IMG/VR virus record: IMGVR_UViG_3300002131_000106
Strand: one strand, 5' to 3'
From: an uncultured virus (IMG/VR IMGVR_UViG_3300002131_000106)
Taxonomy: Duplodnaviria; Heunggongvirae; Uroviricota; Caudoviricetes
DNA: 59,401 nt
Shown piece by piece: positions 18,849 to 28,515 of the stretch (position 1 is the first letter of the stretch; each line of letters opens with the position of its first letter). The translations under genes and the position numbers were made by a program. The notes under the pieces are model-generated. The model saw only the letters and a program-made list of their open reading frames with translations. It had not been told where the DNA came from and made no database searches.

Positions 18849-20234
18849 ATGTTACGACTTTCAAAGTATAAAGTTCTGCGAGAAGCTGCTAAGCTAGTAC
18901 CTTCAGAGCTCCAAAAACCAAATGGAGCCACGGGCGAATCCAGAATAGATATCTTAATTCGTCTCATTAAAAACGGTTCCCCTATTGAACTAGCATCTGG
19001 TGGGTCAGTTACTATTCAAAATACCCCAGAGCTTATTAAGGCTTTAGAGACCTGGAAAAATGATGGCTCCTCGAAAAAGTTCCCGATAGGCTTCTTGGAT
19101 ATAAAAGACAAAGCTTATACCTCCTCCGACCTTGCAAAATCAAAGGTATTCGGAGGAGGCATGGGTGGTGCTGGAGGCGGAACTTTAAACACTAAACAGA
19201 CTGAGTCACATCAATGTGTTATGATACAAGCTATGTTAGATCATGGCATTCAAGACATTGATTATTTTACAGATGATATTATAAAAGATGCTTACAAAAA
19301 AGTATTTGTCGATGGATCATTAGAAGATATCTTAGGGATATCAGATTCATGGAAATCCTCCTCATACCATTCTGCAATTATTCTGATTAAAGAAGGGTAT
19401 GTTAATAAAAATCAAACTTTTCATAGAGGAGATAACAAAATGGTATCCATCTATGCAGCTAAAGACCTAGCATTTAAAAATAATGGATTCCCTTCTTTGA
19501 AAGATGATAAATGGAACCCCGGAGATATATGGGCCATTGATAAGTCATTCAATATATCTAAAGAACTAAATATATCCTCCGTCTCTGGTATAAACCGATC
19601 AATTCTAGAACATTTTGTTTCTCGCCGACTGGTTGGTATATCTCTAAAGCTGGTTAAGAAATCCGCCAAGAAATATGAGTATAATATTAAGCTACCCCCC
19701 GATACTGATGACTATAAAATGGTTAAGATTAAACTAGAATCGGATAAGGGTGATTTTTGGTCTAGTAAGGGTGGTACTATAATATATGATGATGGTGAGC
19801 TAAACCTTAAAGATAACTCTGCAGGAGGGTCTGTTAAGGCCGAACTTAGAATGAAGACGGCTAGAGGCGGTGGAGCAGGCTGGGGTATAATGATTGATGG
19901 TATGAGACAAGTCTTTGGAGTTAATTTATCATCCAAGTTTACAGCAACCATTTTTAAAGATGCTAAGTCTATTAATAAAGGCGACAAGAAATCTATCCTT
20001 AAAATGTTTAAAATGTATAATGAATTTTATAAAAACGAATCATTTGACTCTTTCGAAGAACAACTTAAAAGCAAAGATATGTTTTGGATTTCTTCTAAAC
20101 TAGGCGTTTTAACTATTCTCTATTATGTTAATAAGAATACAGGTCTAAAGGCAAACAGATTTATTACAAAAATAATTAATTATGCTGGGAGTAAATCCGA
20201 AGATTCTAGCACATACGTTAAGGTATACGAATAA
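18849..20234 (+). CDS. hypothetical protein, possible restriction-endonuclease-like fold; putative virion-internal
   Basis: TES..KWNPGDIW..GISLK; N-terminus ends in LRE-A. Confidence 0.5.
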   Translation: MLRLSKYKVLREAAKLVPSELQKPNGATGESRIDILIRLIKNGSPIELASGGSVTIQNTPELIKALETWKNDGSSKKFPIGFLDIKDKAYTSSDLAKSKVFGGGMGGAGGGTLNTKQTESHQCVMIQAMLDHGIQDIDYFTDDIIKDAYKKVFVDGSLEDILGISDSWKSSSYHSAIILIKEGYVNKNQTFHRGDNKMVSIYAAKDLAFKNNGFPSLKDDKWNPGDIWAIDKSFNISKELNISSVSGINRSILEHFVSRRLVGISLKLVKKSAKKYEYNIKLPPDTDDYKMVKIKLESDKGDFWSSKGGTIIYDDGELNLKDNSAGGSVKAELRMKTARGGGAGWGIMIDGMRQVFGVNLSSKFTATIFKDAKSINKGDKKSILKMFKMYNEFYKNESFDSFEEQLKSKDMFWISSKLGVLTILYYVNKNTGLKANRFITKIINYAGSKSEDSSTYVKVYE

Positions 20235-21475
20235 TGAAGACGTTTAAGCAACAACTAGCTGAAGCAGCTGGGAAGAACACCCATATGACTCATCTGGAAG
20301 ATTTAGTTCTAGATGGGGGTGTTAAAGGAGCTAGACAAGCTATTAACGCTCTTAGGTCATTAAGAGATATGCTAGCAGGAACATCTAAAAACAAGGTTGA
20401 CATCACTGTTAAGTGGGACGGCGCTCCAGCTGTGTTTGCTGGGGAAGACCCACAAACAGGTGAGTTCTTTGTTGCTAAGAAAGGGGTATTTGCTAAAAAT
20501 CCCAAGGTGTATAAAAGCCATGCAGATATCGATGCCGACACATCCGGCGATTTAGCCAAAAAGTTAAAGCTAGCATTTGATAACCTTAAAGGCTTGGGTA
20601 TAAAAGGCGTAATTCAAGGCGACTTTATGTTTGATTCCGCAGACCTAAAATCGGCAAATATTAGCGGTACTAGCTATACTACCTTCCATCCTAATACTAT
20701 AGTGTATGCTGTTCCAAAAGGATCTGCTATTGAAAAGCAGATCTCTTCTTCCAAGATAGGGATTGTGTGGCATACTATTTACACTGGTGCAACATTTGAA
20801 ACAATGCAGGCTGAATTCGGAAGAGAGATAACCCCTAAACTAAGACCTTCTAAAAATGTTTGGATGGTGGATGCAACATTACCTGATCTATCCGGTACAG
20901 CTACAATGACGTCGGCTGAGACCGCATTGGTTACTGCCAAACTATCTGAAGCCGGTAAGATCTTTAATCAGATTTCATCAGGCGTATTAAAGGAGCTAGA
21001 GAGTAACAAAGAACTTAACATGCTTATTAATATTTACAATAATACCAAGGTAAGAGCCGGTCAAAAAGTAACGGATACCACAGCGCACACAAAAGGCCTT
21101 ATTGATTTTGTTAACCTGAGATATGCAAAAGAGATTGAGAAAAGATCATCACCAAAGGGCAAAGATGTTCAGGTACAAAAAAGAGACGAATTACTTACTT
21201 TCTTTTCCAAGGATAACATTAAAAACTTAAAATTAATCTTTGATTTGCAAAATTTGATCATTGACAGTAAATTAATTATTATAAATAAACTTAACACACT
21301 AAGTTCTATTGGAACATTTGTGAAGACAACATCCGGATTTAGAGTAACCAACCCAGAGGGTTTTGTTGCTATAGATCGTATGGAAGGTGGCGCTGTTAAG
21401 TTAGTTGATAGAATGGAATTTTCTACTAATAACTTTAGCAAAGATATTATAAAAGGTTGGGACAATCCTAACTGA
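20234..21475 (+). CDS. conserved phage protein with ligase-like KxDG nucleotidyltransferase motif
   Basis: HLEDL, TVKWDGAPA, QGDFMF, PEGFV, KLVDR. Confidence 0.6.
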   Translation: MKTFKQQLAEAAGKNTHMTHLEDLVLDGGVKGARQAINALRSLRDMLAGTSKNKVDITVKWDGAPAVFAGEDPQTGEFFVAKKGVFAKNPKVYKSHADIDADTSGDLAKKLKLAFDNLKGLGIKGVIQGDFMFDSADLKSANISGTSYTTFHPNTIVYAVPKGSAIEKQISSSKIGIVWHTIYTGATFETMQAEFGREITPKLRPSKNVWMVDATLPDLSGTATMTSAETALVTAKLSEAGKIFNQISSGVLKELESNKELNMLINIYNNTKVRAGQKVTDTTAHTKGLIDFVNLRYAKEIEKRSSPKGKDVQVQKRDELLTFFSKDNIKNLKLIFDLQNLIIDSKLIIINKLNTLSSIGTFVKTTSGFRVTNPEGFVAIDRMEGGAVKLVDRMEFSTNNFSKDIIKGWDNPN

Positions 21476-21496
21476 TAATGGGAACCGAGGATCGAA

Positions 21497-21865
21497 ATGA
21501 AATCGTTTAAAGAATTCACAGAGGAGTGGCAAGAGGCTTTCACTATGCAGCAACGCATAAAAGCCAAAGCAACCTTTAAGAAAAATAAATCCAAAATTGA
21601 GCTAGGGCGCAAAAAAGCAGCTAAAAAACTAGCATCCCCAGAAAAACTCAAAGCTCGAGCAGAAAAACAAGCTCGCAATATGATTGCTAAGAAAATCCTT
21701 AAAGATAAAGATAAAAATGATTTAGGATTTGCTGGAAGACAAGGTCTAGAAAAACAATTAGATAAGAAAAAAGGGGCTATTCATAAGTTAGCCACTAAAC
21801 TTCTTCCTTCTATAAAAGTAGCTGATAGAGAAAAGCTTCATAAAAACAAGGAGGATAATAAGTGA
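21497..21865 (+). CDS. highly basic hypothetical protein, putative internal head protein
   Basis: MKSFKEFTEE N-terminus; Lys-rich; TATAAATA at 21280. Confidence 0.65.
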   Translation: MKSFKEFTEEWQEAFTMQQRIKAKATFKKNKSKIELGRKKAAKKLASPEKLKARAEKQARNMIAKKILKDKDKNDLGFAGRQGLEKQLDKKKGAIHKLATKLLPSIKVADREKLHKNKEDNK

Positions 21866-22866
21866 TTAGATCTTTTACCCAGTATATATCTGAAGAAACC
21901 AAAAACGTAACTTTTGTCTTTGGCAGATTTAATCCCCCGACCATCGGTCACCAAAAGCTTTTCGATAAGCTAAAATCTGTTGCTGGATCAGATCAATATA
22001 GGGTTTACGCATCTAAGTCCCAAGATCCTAAGAAAAACCCATTAGATTTTAAAACAAAGGTTAAATTCCTGCGTCGTATGTTTCCCCAACATGCCAGAAG
22101 CGTTATGTCAGACTCAGATGTAAGAATGCCATTGGATATTGCAGTTAAGCTATATGATCAGGGGTATACTAACGTTACTATGGTCGCAGGCTCAGATAGA
22201 GTAAATGAATTTACGGCTTTGCTTAATAAGTATAATGGTGTAGAAGCTAAGCATGGCTTTTATAAGTTTAACAATGGTATTAAGGTTATTAGTGCAGGCG
22301 AAAGAGACCCAGATGCAGAAGGTGTATCGGGCATGTCTGCATCCAAGATGAGATCTGCTGCATCTGATAATGATATGGAAACGTTTGGTAAAGGTGTTCC
22401 AGGGGGAGCAAAAGAAATCACAGATTTGTTTAATGCTGTTCGTAAAGGTATGGGTTTAAAAGAATCCTATCAGCATCGTAAACACGTTCAGCTAGCACAA
22501 GTATCTGATGAAAGAGAAGCTTATATTGAAGGTAAGCTTTTTTCCGTTGGTGATAGTGTTAAGCTAAAAGAATCTAATGAAATTGGGGAGATTAGATCCC
22601 TCGGACCTAATTATGTGGTTGTTAAGTTTGAAAAAGAAAAGAAAAAGGTTTGGATAGAGTCAATAGAAAAAGTTGAAGAAGAATCTTTTATAAATGATAT
22701 GCCGGAACAAATTATACCAAAGCTTAAATCTTTTGCTGATATTCATAAAGAAGGACTATGGGATAACATTCATAAAAAAAGAAAAAGCGGCAGGAAAATG
22801 AACAAGAAAGGGGACCCAGATGCTCCTACTGATAAAGAATTTAAAGCAGCTCAATCAAAAGATTAA
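21862..22866 (+). CDS. cytidylyltransferase-like (HIGH) nucleotidyltransferase
   Basis: FGRFNPPTIGH, VAGSDR, SAGERDPD, MSASKMR. Confidence 0.8.
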   Translation: MIRSFTQYISEETKNVTFVFGRFNPPTIGHQKLFDKLKSVAGSDQYRVYASKSQDPKKNPLDFKTKVKFLRRMFPQHARSVMSDSDVRMPLDIAVKLYDQGYTNVTMVAGSDRVNEFTALLNKYNGVEAKHGFYKFNNGIKVISAGERDPDAEGVSGMSASKMRSAASDNDMETFGKGVPGGAKEITDLFNAVRKGMGLKESYQHRKHVQLAQVSDEREAYIEGKLFSVGDSVKLKESNEIGEIRSLGPNYVVVKFEKEKKKVWIESIEKVEEESFINDMPEQIIPKLKSFADIHKEGLWDNIHKKRKSGRKMNKKGDPDAPTDKEFKAAQSKD

Positions 22867-22886
22867 ATAATTTTAACGGGATAAAC

Positions 22887-24143
22887 ATGAAAACATTTAA
22901 AGAATTACAAGAAAGCTTACGTAGTGATATCGTCAAGCTAGACCCAGTTAAAGAAGTTACCGAAGGATTTTTGGGTAAAGATGGCGAAAAAGGTCGTGAT
23001 ATTAAAAATGCCGGTCTCTTTGATAAAGAAACTGCATATTCTCTTGCAAAAAAAGTTAATGGTGTTATACACAAAGATCCAAAATCAGACAAATATCATG
23101 TTAAACATGGTAAAGGATCAAATGTAAGGGAAGAATCAGTTGACGAAGCTTCCTCAACTTCTCCTAATATGGCCAAAGCAGTCCAAGGTCTAAACGATCT
23201 TGGTTATAAGCTCAAAGGCCGAGATGGTAAAGATGTTCAACGTGTTGAAAAACTATTTAGATCTGGTAATAAGAAAGTATTACAAGGTGCTATAAGAGCA
23301 TTGGATACTGATATTCGTGATCAAATCATGGATATCCTTGAGCCATTAGGATTTGTTAAAAATGGTGTTGTTGAAGAAGTTGATGAATCAACTGCAGCAT
23401 ATGCCGCTTCACTTGAGAAGATGGCTAGTGACAAGAAGCTAAAAGGTATTACACCTAAGGATCGTGAAACCCTTGCAAAACTTGCTGCTATGATGAAAAG
23501 TGCAAATGAAGGCATCGAAGAAGCCTTAGAATTTCATGTTCGTTTAGATCATCTTGATGGGGATAAGCGACAAAAGAAAGTAACTGACTTATTAAAGAAA
23601 CACCAAGATGCTGGCCATATTTCTTTTAGCGGCGAGACTGATAAAGGAATAGTATTTACATCCAAAAGCAAGTCATATATTGATGATGTTCGTAAAGATT
23701 TAAAACCTTATGGTGTATTAGTTGATGAATCAGTTGACGAAGCCGCATCAGTAGATCCTAAAGTTGCTAAGGCTGTTGAAGCTCTAAACGATCTTGGTTA
23801 TAAGCTCAGAGGCCGGAGGCGATTTCATTCAGGTGTTAAACGTGTTGAAACCTTTTTTAGATCTGGTAATAAGAAATTATTACAAGGTGCTATAGACGTA
23901 TTAGATCCTGATATTCGTGATGACGTCATGGGTATCCTTGAGCCATTAGGTTTTGTTAAAAATGGTGTTGTTGAAGCAGTTGACAAATATACTTCTTTCT
24001 CAACACAAAATAAAGGACGTAAACCTAGTCTTAGTCAAAACAAATTATCTAGTGGAGAATATCAACAGGCGAAGAAGCTAAAAGGTTTTAATAAAGATGA
24101 TTGGGAATGGAATGGCGATCTTTATATAAGAGTCGAAAAATAA
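22887..24143 (+). CDS. modular putative internal head polyprotein with internal duplication
   Basis: MKTFKELQE start; modules separated by ESVDEA/EEVDE/IEEA. Confidence 0.65.
   Translation: MKTFKELQESLRSDIVKLDPVKEVTEGFLGKDGEKGRDIKNAGLFDKETAYSLAKKVNGVIHKDPKSDKYHVKHGKGSNVREESVDEASSTSPNMAKAVQGLNDLGYKLKGRDGKDVQRVEKLFRSGNKKVLQGAIRALDTDIRDQIMDILEPLGFVKNGVVEEVDESTAAYAASLEKMASDKKLKGITPKDRETLAKLAAMMKSANEGIEEALEFHVRLDHLDGDKRQKKVTDLLKKHQDAGHISFSGETDKGIVFTSKSKSYIDDVRKDLKPYGVLVDESVDEAASVDPKVAKAVEALNDLGYKLRGRRRFHSGVKRVETFFRSGNKKLLQGAIDVLDPDIRDDVMGILEPLGFVKNGVVEAVDKYTSFSTQNKGRKPSLSQNKLSSGEYQQAKKLKGFNKDDWEWNGDLYIRVEK
23133..23983 (+). repeat. imperfect direct repeat of about 250 bp (23133-23383 and 23727-23983)
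   Basis: shared blocks e.g. CTAAACGATCTTGGTTATAAGCTCA, TTTAGATCTGGTAATAAGAAA, TATCCTTGAGCCATTAGG. Confidence 0.9.
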
Positions 24144-24144
24144 A

Positions 24145-24819
24145 ATGAAAGATTTTAGGTATTTTCTAGATGAAGGGGTTAATGATCCTGGTATTTTTAA
24201 GGCTATCTTTTTAGCCGGAGGACCAGGTTCAGGCAAGTCTTATGTTACTAGTAAGGTTATCCCTTCTTCCCTAGGTTTAAAGATGATTAATTCTGACGAA
24301 GTATTTGAATTAAAAATGCAGAAGGCAGACCTAGACCTAGATCCAGAAAGTATTGCTTCACCTAAAGGCCAAGAAATAAGAGATAAGGCCAAGGCCATTA
24401 CAAATAAAAGACAAAAGTTATACCTTGCTGGTAGACTTGGACTAGTTATAGATGGCACCGGCAAAGACTTTGATAAGATAGAAGGACAAGTAAGACATTT
24501 AAAATCTCTAGGTTATGATTGTTATATGATATTTGTTAACACCTCAGAAGAGGTTGCTCAGTCTAGAAATTTAGCAAGACCTAGGTCACTAGAAAGTGAT
24601 TTAGTAAAAAGACTCTGGTCAAGGGTTCAGAGAAATATCGGATCATTTCAAAGTTTATTCGGAAGGGATAACTTTGCAATTATTGATAATAATAATGCTA
24701 ATGAAGAAATATTCAAACCCGTTTTTAAAGATATTGTTAGATTTGTAAAAAAAGCAGTAGAAAATCACGTTGCTAGGAAATGGATTAACGATCAAAGGTG
24801 GTTTAATAAGAATGGATAG
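24145..24819 (+). CDS. P-loop kinase (zeta-toxin/AAA_33-like)
   Basis: FLAGGPGSGKS, INSD, LVIDGTG, RN..R.R lid. Confidence 0.75.
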   Translation: MKDFRYFLDEGVNDPGIFKAIFLAGGPGSGKSYVTSKVIPSSLGLKMINSDEVFELKMQKADLDLDPESIASPKGQEIRDKAKAITNKRQKLYLAGRLGLVIDGTGKDFDKIEGQVRHLKSLGYDCYMIFVNTSEEVAQSRNLARPRSLESDLVKRLWSRVQRNIGSFQSLFGRDNFAIIDNNNANEEIFKPVFKDIVRFVKKAVENHVARKWINDQRWFNKNG

Positions 24820-25171
24820 TTTTAAAGAAAGGCATTTTGGTATTCATGAGGGGAGAACTGTACCTTTAGAATCTCCCCTGATTGAAGGCCCAGAATTAAA
24901 TCAACCAAAGCGTAGTAGTGGTAATAAAAAATATGTAGTTTATGTTAAAGACCCTAAAACGGATAAGATTAAAAAAATCCAATTTGGTAATGAAAAGGGC
25001 GTAGAAGGTCTTGATGTTAAAATAAACGACAAAGATGCAGCCAAATCATTTGCGGCTAGGCATCAATGTGATTTAAAAACTGATAAATTAAGCCCGGGTT
25101 ATTGGGCTTGCAGATTACCAAAGTACGCGAAGCAATTGGGGTTAAAAGGTGGCGGAGATTACTTTTGGTAA
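24812..25171 (+). CDS. conserved hypothetical protein
   Basis: KKYVVYVKDP..FG..SFAARHQC..GYWAC. Confidence 0.7.
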   Translation: MDSFKERHFGIHEGRTVPLESPLIEGPELNQPKRSSGNKKYVVYVKDPKTDKIKKIQFGNEKGVEGLDVKINDKDAAKSFAARHQCDLKTDKLSPGYWACRLPKYAKQLGLKGGGDYFW

Positions 25172-25430
25172 CAAACCTTATTATGAAAACGGTGAGATTA
25201 GAACTTTTTATCCTAATACAGATGATGAAGAATTTGTTTGGCATAGGGATTTAGAAGATAGGGAAATTGAAATATTAGAGGGCAATGGTTGGCAATTCCA
25301 ATTCGATAAATGTCTTCCCTGGTTATTAGAAAAAGGTATGGTATTTGATATAGAAAAAAATGAATACCATAGATTAATAAAAGGCGTAGATACTTTAAAA
25401 ATAAGGGTTATAAAAAATGCCAATCAATGA
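25149..25430 (+). CDS. cupin-fold hypothetical protein
   Basis: WHRD.E.R..YHRLIKG. Confidence 0.55.
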   Translation: MAEITFGNKPYYENGEIRTFYPNTDDEEFVWHRDLEDREIEILEGNGWQFQFDKCLPWLLEKGMVFDIEKNEYHRLIKGVDTLKIRVIKNANQ

Positions 25431-25707
25431 GAAAATTTCTATGGATCGAATGGATCGAATAGAGAATAAGATAGATAAACTATCGGAAGCTGTGGTTGTT
25501 ATTGCTAGATCAGAGGAAAAAATACACACCTTGACTAGTTTTAGTAAGCAACAATCAGAGCATCTTTCTGTTCTTGTTAGTAGAATTGATCAGATAGAAA
25601 GAATAGTTTTAGAAAATTCAACGACTATAACGATTATTAATAAAATATTCTGGGTAATAATAGTAGCGGGCATTACTGCTATAACCGGGGTTTACATAAC
25701 AAATTAA
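25417..25707 (+). CDS. coiled-coil protein with C-terminal TM helix
   Basis: RMDRIENKIDKL..IFWVIIVAGITAITGVY. Confidence 0.65.
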   Translation: MPINEKISMDRMDRIENKIDKLSEAVVVIARSEEKIHTLTSFSKQQSEHLSVLVSRIDQIERIVLENSTTITIINKIFWVIIVAGITAITGVYITN

Positions 25708-25717
25708 GGAGTATGAT

Positions 25718-26611
25718 ATGAGAATACAAGACGATATTACCCTAGATATTGCAAAAGCTGTTGCCGATGTCTTAGAAGGTAAAAAGCCAGCAGTAGAAGT
25801 TGCTGATCCAGAAGCAAAAGGCGAAAAAGACTTTAAGGATAAGCATGACATTAAAAAGTCTGGCGAAAAAGAAAACGGCACAGTAGTTAAAGAAGCCCCG
25901 TTTTCACCAGCTGATGTAAAGAAAGCGGTTGAAGTTGCTATGAAGATGTCTGGCAATATGACTGATGCTGTGAAAAAAATCGAAGGTATTAAAAAGGGTT
26001 TATCAAAAGATTCTGAGGTACAAGATGCTCTTCAACTAGCTAATGAAAGCTTTGATATGATTCATTCTGAAGCACTTGATATGAACACGTCCATAGAAGA
26101 AGCTAAGGAGTCAGTTGAAGAAGCCGCTGTAAAGGTTATTCCAGAAAAGCTGCCTAGTATGAATAGAGACGAAAAGGATATCGCTGATACCTTAACAAAA
26201 GCCGGTTTAGTTTATGGCAAAGTAAGCAAGTTTGATAGCGGCAAATTTATCGACCCTAAAACCGGGGTTAGCATTACGATTATGCGTAATGGCAATGCTG
26301 TTGCTGCTTCTAGTGCAGATGGCGGTACATTGCTTTCACCAACTGATCCTTCAAACTTAAAAGCATTTTTGAAAAAACGTGGTTTGATTGAATCCCCCGC
26401 TATAGAAGAAGCTTCTAAGGAACTTGGATATACAGATGTTGAAGAAGGTGAAGAACTTTCCCCTAAGCAGAAAAAATATCAGGATTTCTTTTTGAAGGCT
26501 CTTAAGAAGTTCGGAGCAACATCACCAGCAGATCTGGATGTTGAGAAGAAAAAAGAGTTCTTTAATTACATTGATAAAAACTATGAAGCTGAGGGTGAAG
26601 TTTCTGAATAG
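25718..26611 (+). CDS. acidic hypothetical protein, putative head-associated
   Basis: AAGGAG RBS; repeated IEEA/VEEA/VKEA sites. Confidence 0.65.
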   Translation: MRIQDDITLDIAKAVADVLEGKKPAVEVADPEAKGEKDFKDKHDIKKSGEKENGTVVKEAPFSPADVKKAVEVAMKMSGNMTDAVKKIEGIKKGLSKDSEVQDALQLANESFDMIHSEALDMNTSIEEAKESVEEAAVKVIPEKLPSMNRDEKDIADTLTKAGLVYGKVSKFDSGKFIDPKTGVSITIMRNGNAVAASSADGGTLLSPTDPSNLKAFLKKRGLIESPAIEEASKELGYTDVEEGEELSPKQKKYQDFFLKALKKFGATSPADLDVEKKKEFFNYIDKNYEAEGEVSE

Positions 26612-26643
26612 GTATAGTATATTACTATTGACATATATAGCAT

Positions 26644-27015
26644 ATGATGAAAATATTTGAAGAATTAAACGAAAAGAACTTTAAGCTATATGCGGCTCAC
26701 TATTATGATAACCCAGGCATCGTCGATGTTGATGAGTTTGAAGAAGACCTAAGCCGCTTTAAGTACTTAAAAAGATTGCTAAAAAGATATGAGTTAGATC
26801 ATGATCTTCAAGAAAGACTGATATTAAACCACCTTGTAGTAATCTATAATGTATTTGGTATTGAAGCATCTAACAAAATGGTCTGGTATAAGATCGAAAA
26901 AGAACATTGGGCATTTATAAAGCCTTTTTTAATATTTCTTAATTACCTAGATCCCGAAGACAAGATCGAGGTTCCTTTGGACTCCTTTATCATAGAGAGG
27001 TTACGTAAACTATAA
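26644..27015 (+). CDS. conserved T4-like hypothetical protein
   Basis: YYDNP..EFEEDL.RFKY.KRL..RLILNH..YNVF. Confidence 0.75.
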   Translation: MMKIFEELNEKNFKLYAAHYYDNPGIVDVDEFEEDLSRFKYLKRLLKRYELDHDLQERLILNHLVVIYNVFGIEASNKMVWYKIEKEHWAFIKPFLIFLNYLDPEDKIEVPLDSFIIERLRKL

Positions 27016-27605
27016 TGGGTATTATTTCAAGAGCAGGTGATTTATTCTATGCCTTTAAATTCCTAAAGCTTCTTACCACCCCATGGGAGAAGACCAAGGC
27101 TTTTGAATATGGTATCATAGATGCTGATGGTAAAAACCTAATCAAGGCCTCCCAAATACAGGATCCAGAAGCAAAAGACTCCTATACTGTTTTTCATAGA
27201 CTAGTTTTTAATTTAAAAAGACTCCTAGGTAAGTTACCCTTTGGTAAATCCAAGTTAGCCTCATATGCTGCTGCTTTGTTCCTTATTAAAGAACATACAG
27301 ATATGTCAGAAGAGCAAATACAAAAGGTTTTAAACAAAGCATTCGAGATAGACTGGGATGATCAAACCCTATCTGAGAACACCTGGTATACTACTGGTAG
27401 CAAATTAAACCCTGGCGTTTATTCTCTTTGCGAAGACATAATGTCTCCTTTAACCGGCGAAGTAGTTGCTTTAAGAAAAAGCAAAATTAAGGTTAATCAG
27501 ATGTCTGATCCAGTTTCTAAATTCATGGGCGAAAACATATATCAGGTTACCCATGTCTTAACAGGACAAAAGATATACATTACGAATAGGAATATAATTC
27601 GATGA
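27015..27605 (+). CDS. conserved T4-like hypothetical protein
   Basis: FLKLLTTPW..GIID..FHRLVFNLKRL..YAAALFLIKE. Confidence 0.75.
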   Translation: MGIISRAGDLFYAFKFLKLLTTPWEKTKAFEYGIIDADGKNLIKASQIQDPEAKDSYTVFHRLVFNLKRLLGKLPFGKSKLASYAAALFLIKEHTDMSEEQIQKVLNKAFEIDWDDQTLSENTWYTTGSKLNPGVYSLCEDIMSPLTGEVVALRKSKIKVNQMSDPVSKFMGENIYQVTHVLTGQKIYITNRNIIR

Positions 27606-27817
27606 AATCATTTAAAGATATGTGGGAAGATGCTGCTAACTCTGTAGGAGCTGGCGGGGTATCAATGCCAGCTGATGCCTTATTTGATAAGGATAAAAAG
27701 AAACAAAAAAAGACTGAAAAAGCATATGATGGTCGAACCAAAGCCGGACGTAAGTTCGTAGAAAGAATTATGGCCAGGAGACTTGCTAGAGAGGCGGCGA
27801 AAGGTAATGTTAAGTAA
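27602..27817 (+). CDS. small basic protein
   Basis: MKSFKDMWE start; DGRTK. Confidence 0.65.
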   Translation: MKSFKDMWEDAANSVGAGGVSMPADALFDKDKKKQKKTEKAYDGRTKAGRKFVERIMARRLAREAAKGNVK

Positions 27818-28178
27818 AATCTTAATAGGTGTCGTTATAATCTTAGGGTTAGGTGGATATCTTTTATATAATAAAAACATAGAACTTAATAAGTTAAATT
27901 CTGCATTTGAACTAAGAGATGCGGAGCAAAAGCAAGCTATTAAATCTATAACAGAAAACTTCGAAAGACAGAGCGCTGCTTTATCTTCCCTTAGTGAAGA
28001 AAATGCTAAAATACAAGGCGAAATGAATAGATACCTAGATATATTTAGAAGACATAATCTATCAAAGTTAGCAGCTGCAAAGCCTGGTTTAATTGAGCCC
28101 AAATTTAATAGTGCGACCAAGGAGGTGTTTGATGGTATTGAAGCAGATAGCATTAATATCAGCAATCTTAATAAGTAG
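27807..28178 (+). CDS. inner-membrane spanin (Rz-like)
   Basis: N-terminal TM plus coiled coil; overlaps a lipoprotein gene. Confidence 0.7.
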   Translation: MLSKILIGVVIILGLGGYLLYNKNIELNKLNSAFELRDAEQKQAIKSITENFERQSAALSSLSEENAKIQGEMNRYLDIFRRHNLSKLAAAKPGLIEPKFNSATKEVFDGIEADSINISNLNK

Positions 28179-28515
28179 CGGGTGTTCATTACTTACCCCC
28201 AAGCCTCGTGAAGTTGAGATCATTACTAAGCCTGTACAGATAAAAATAGTACAGCCTACATTACCAAGACCCCTAGATTTAAAAGAGCCCTATTGGTATG
28301 TTGTTAGCGAAAAAAATCTGGATCAGTTTATAAAAGATGTTACTGCTCAATCAGGCACTTTAGTTTTTACCGCTATGACTATAGAAGACTATGAGCTTAT
28401 GGCATATAATATGCAAGAAATCAAGAGGTATGTAAGAGAGCTAGGTCAAGTTGTTATATACTATAAAAAAGTAACCACTATCGAGGAACCGGAAGAAGAT
28501 GGAAAACAAGATTAA
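28132..28515 (+). CDS. outer-membrane spanin lipoprotein (Rz1-like)
   Basis: signal with lipobox ISSGC, then Pro-rich segment. Confidence 0.7.
   Translation: MVLKQIALISAILISSGCSLLTPKPREVEIITKPVQIKIVQPTLPRPLDLKEPYWYVVSEKNLDQFIKDVTAQSGTLVFTAMTIEDYELMAYNMQEIKRYVRELGQVVIYYKKVTTIEEPEEDGKQD

Noticed and set aside
23133..23983. CRISPR array or mobile-element repeat
   Set aside because: Only two long in-frame coding copies; no short repeat-spacer periodicity seen anywhere in the window
24145..24819. Zeta toxin-antitoxin module
   Set aside because: Only a generic P-loop kinase pattern; no recognisable antitoxin, and the context is late/virion genes
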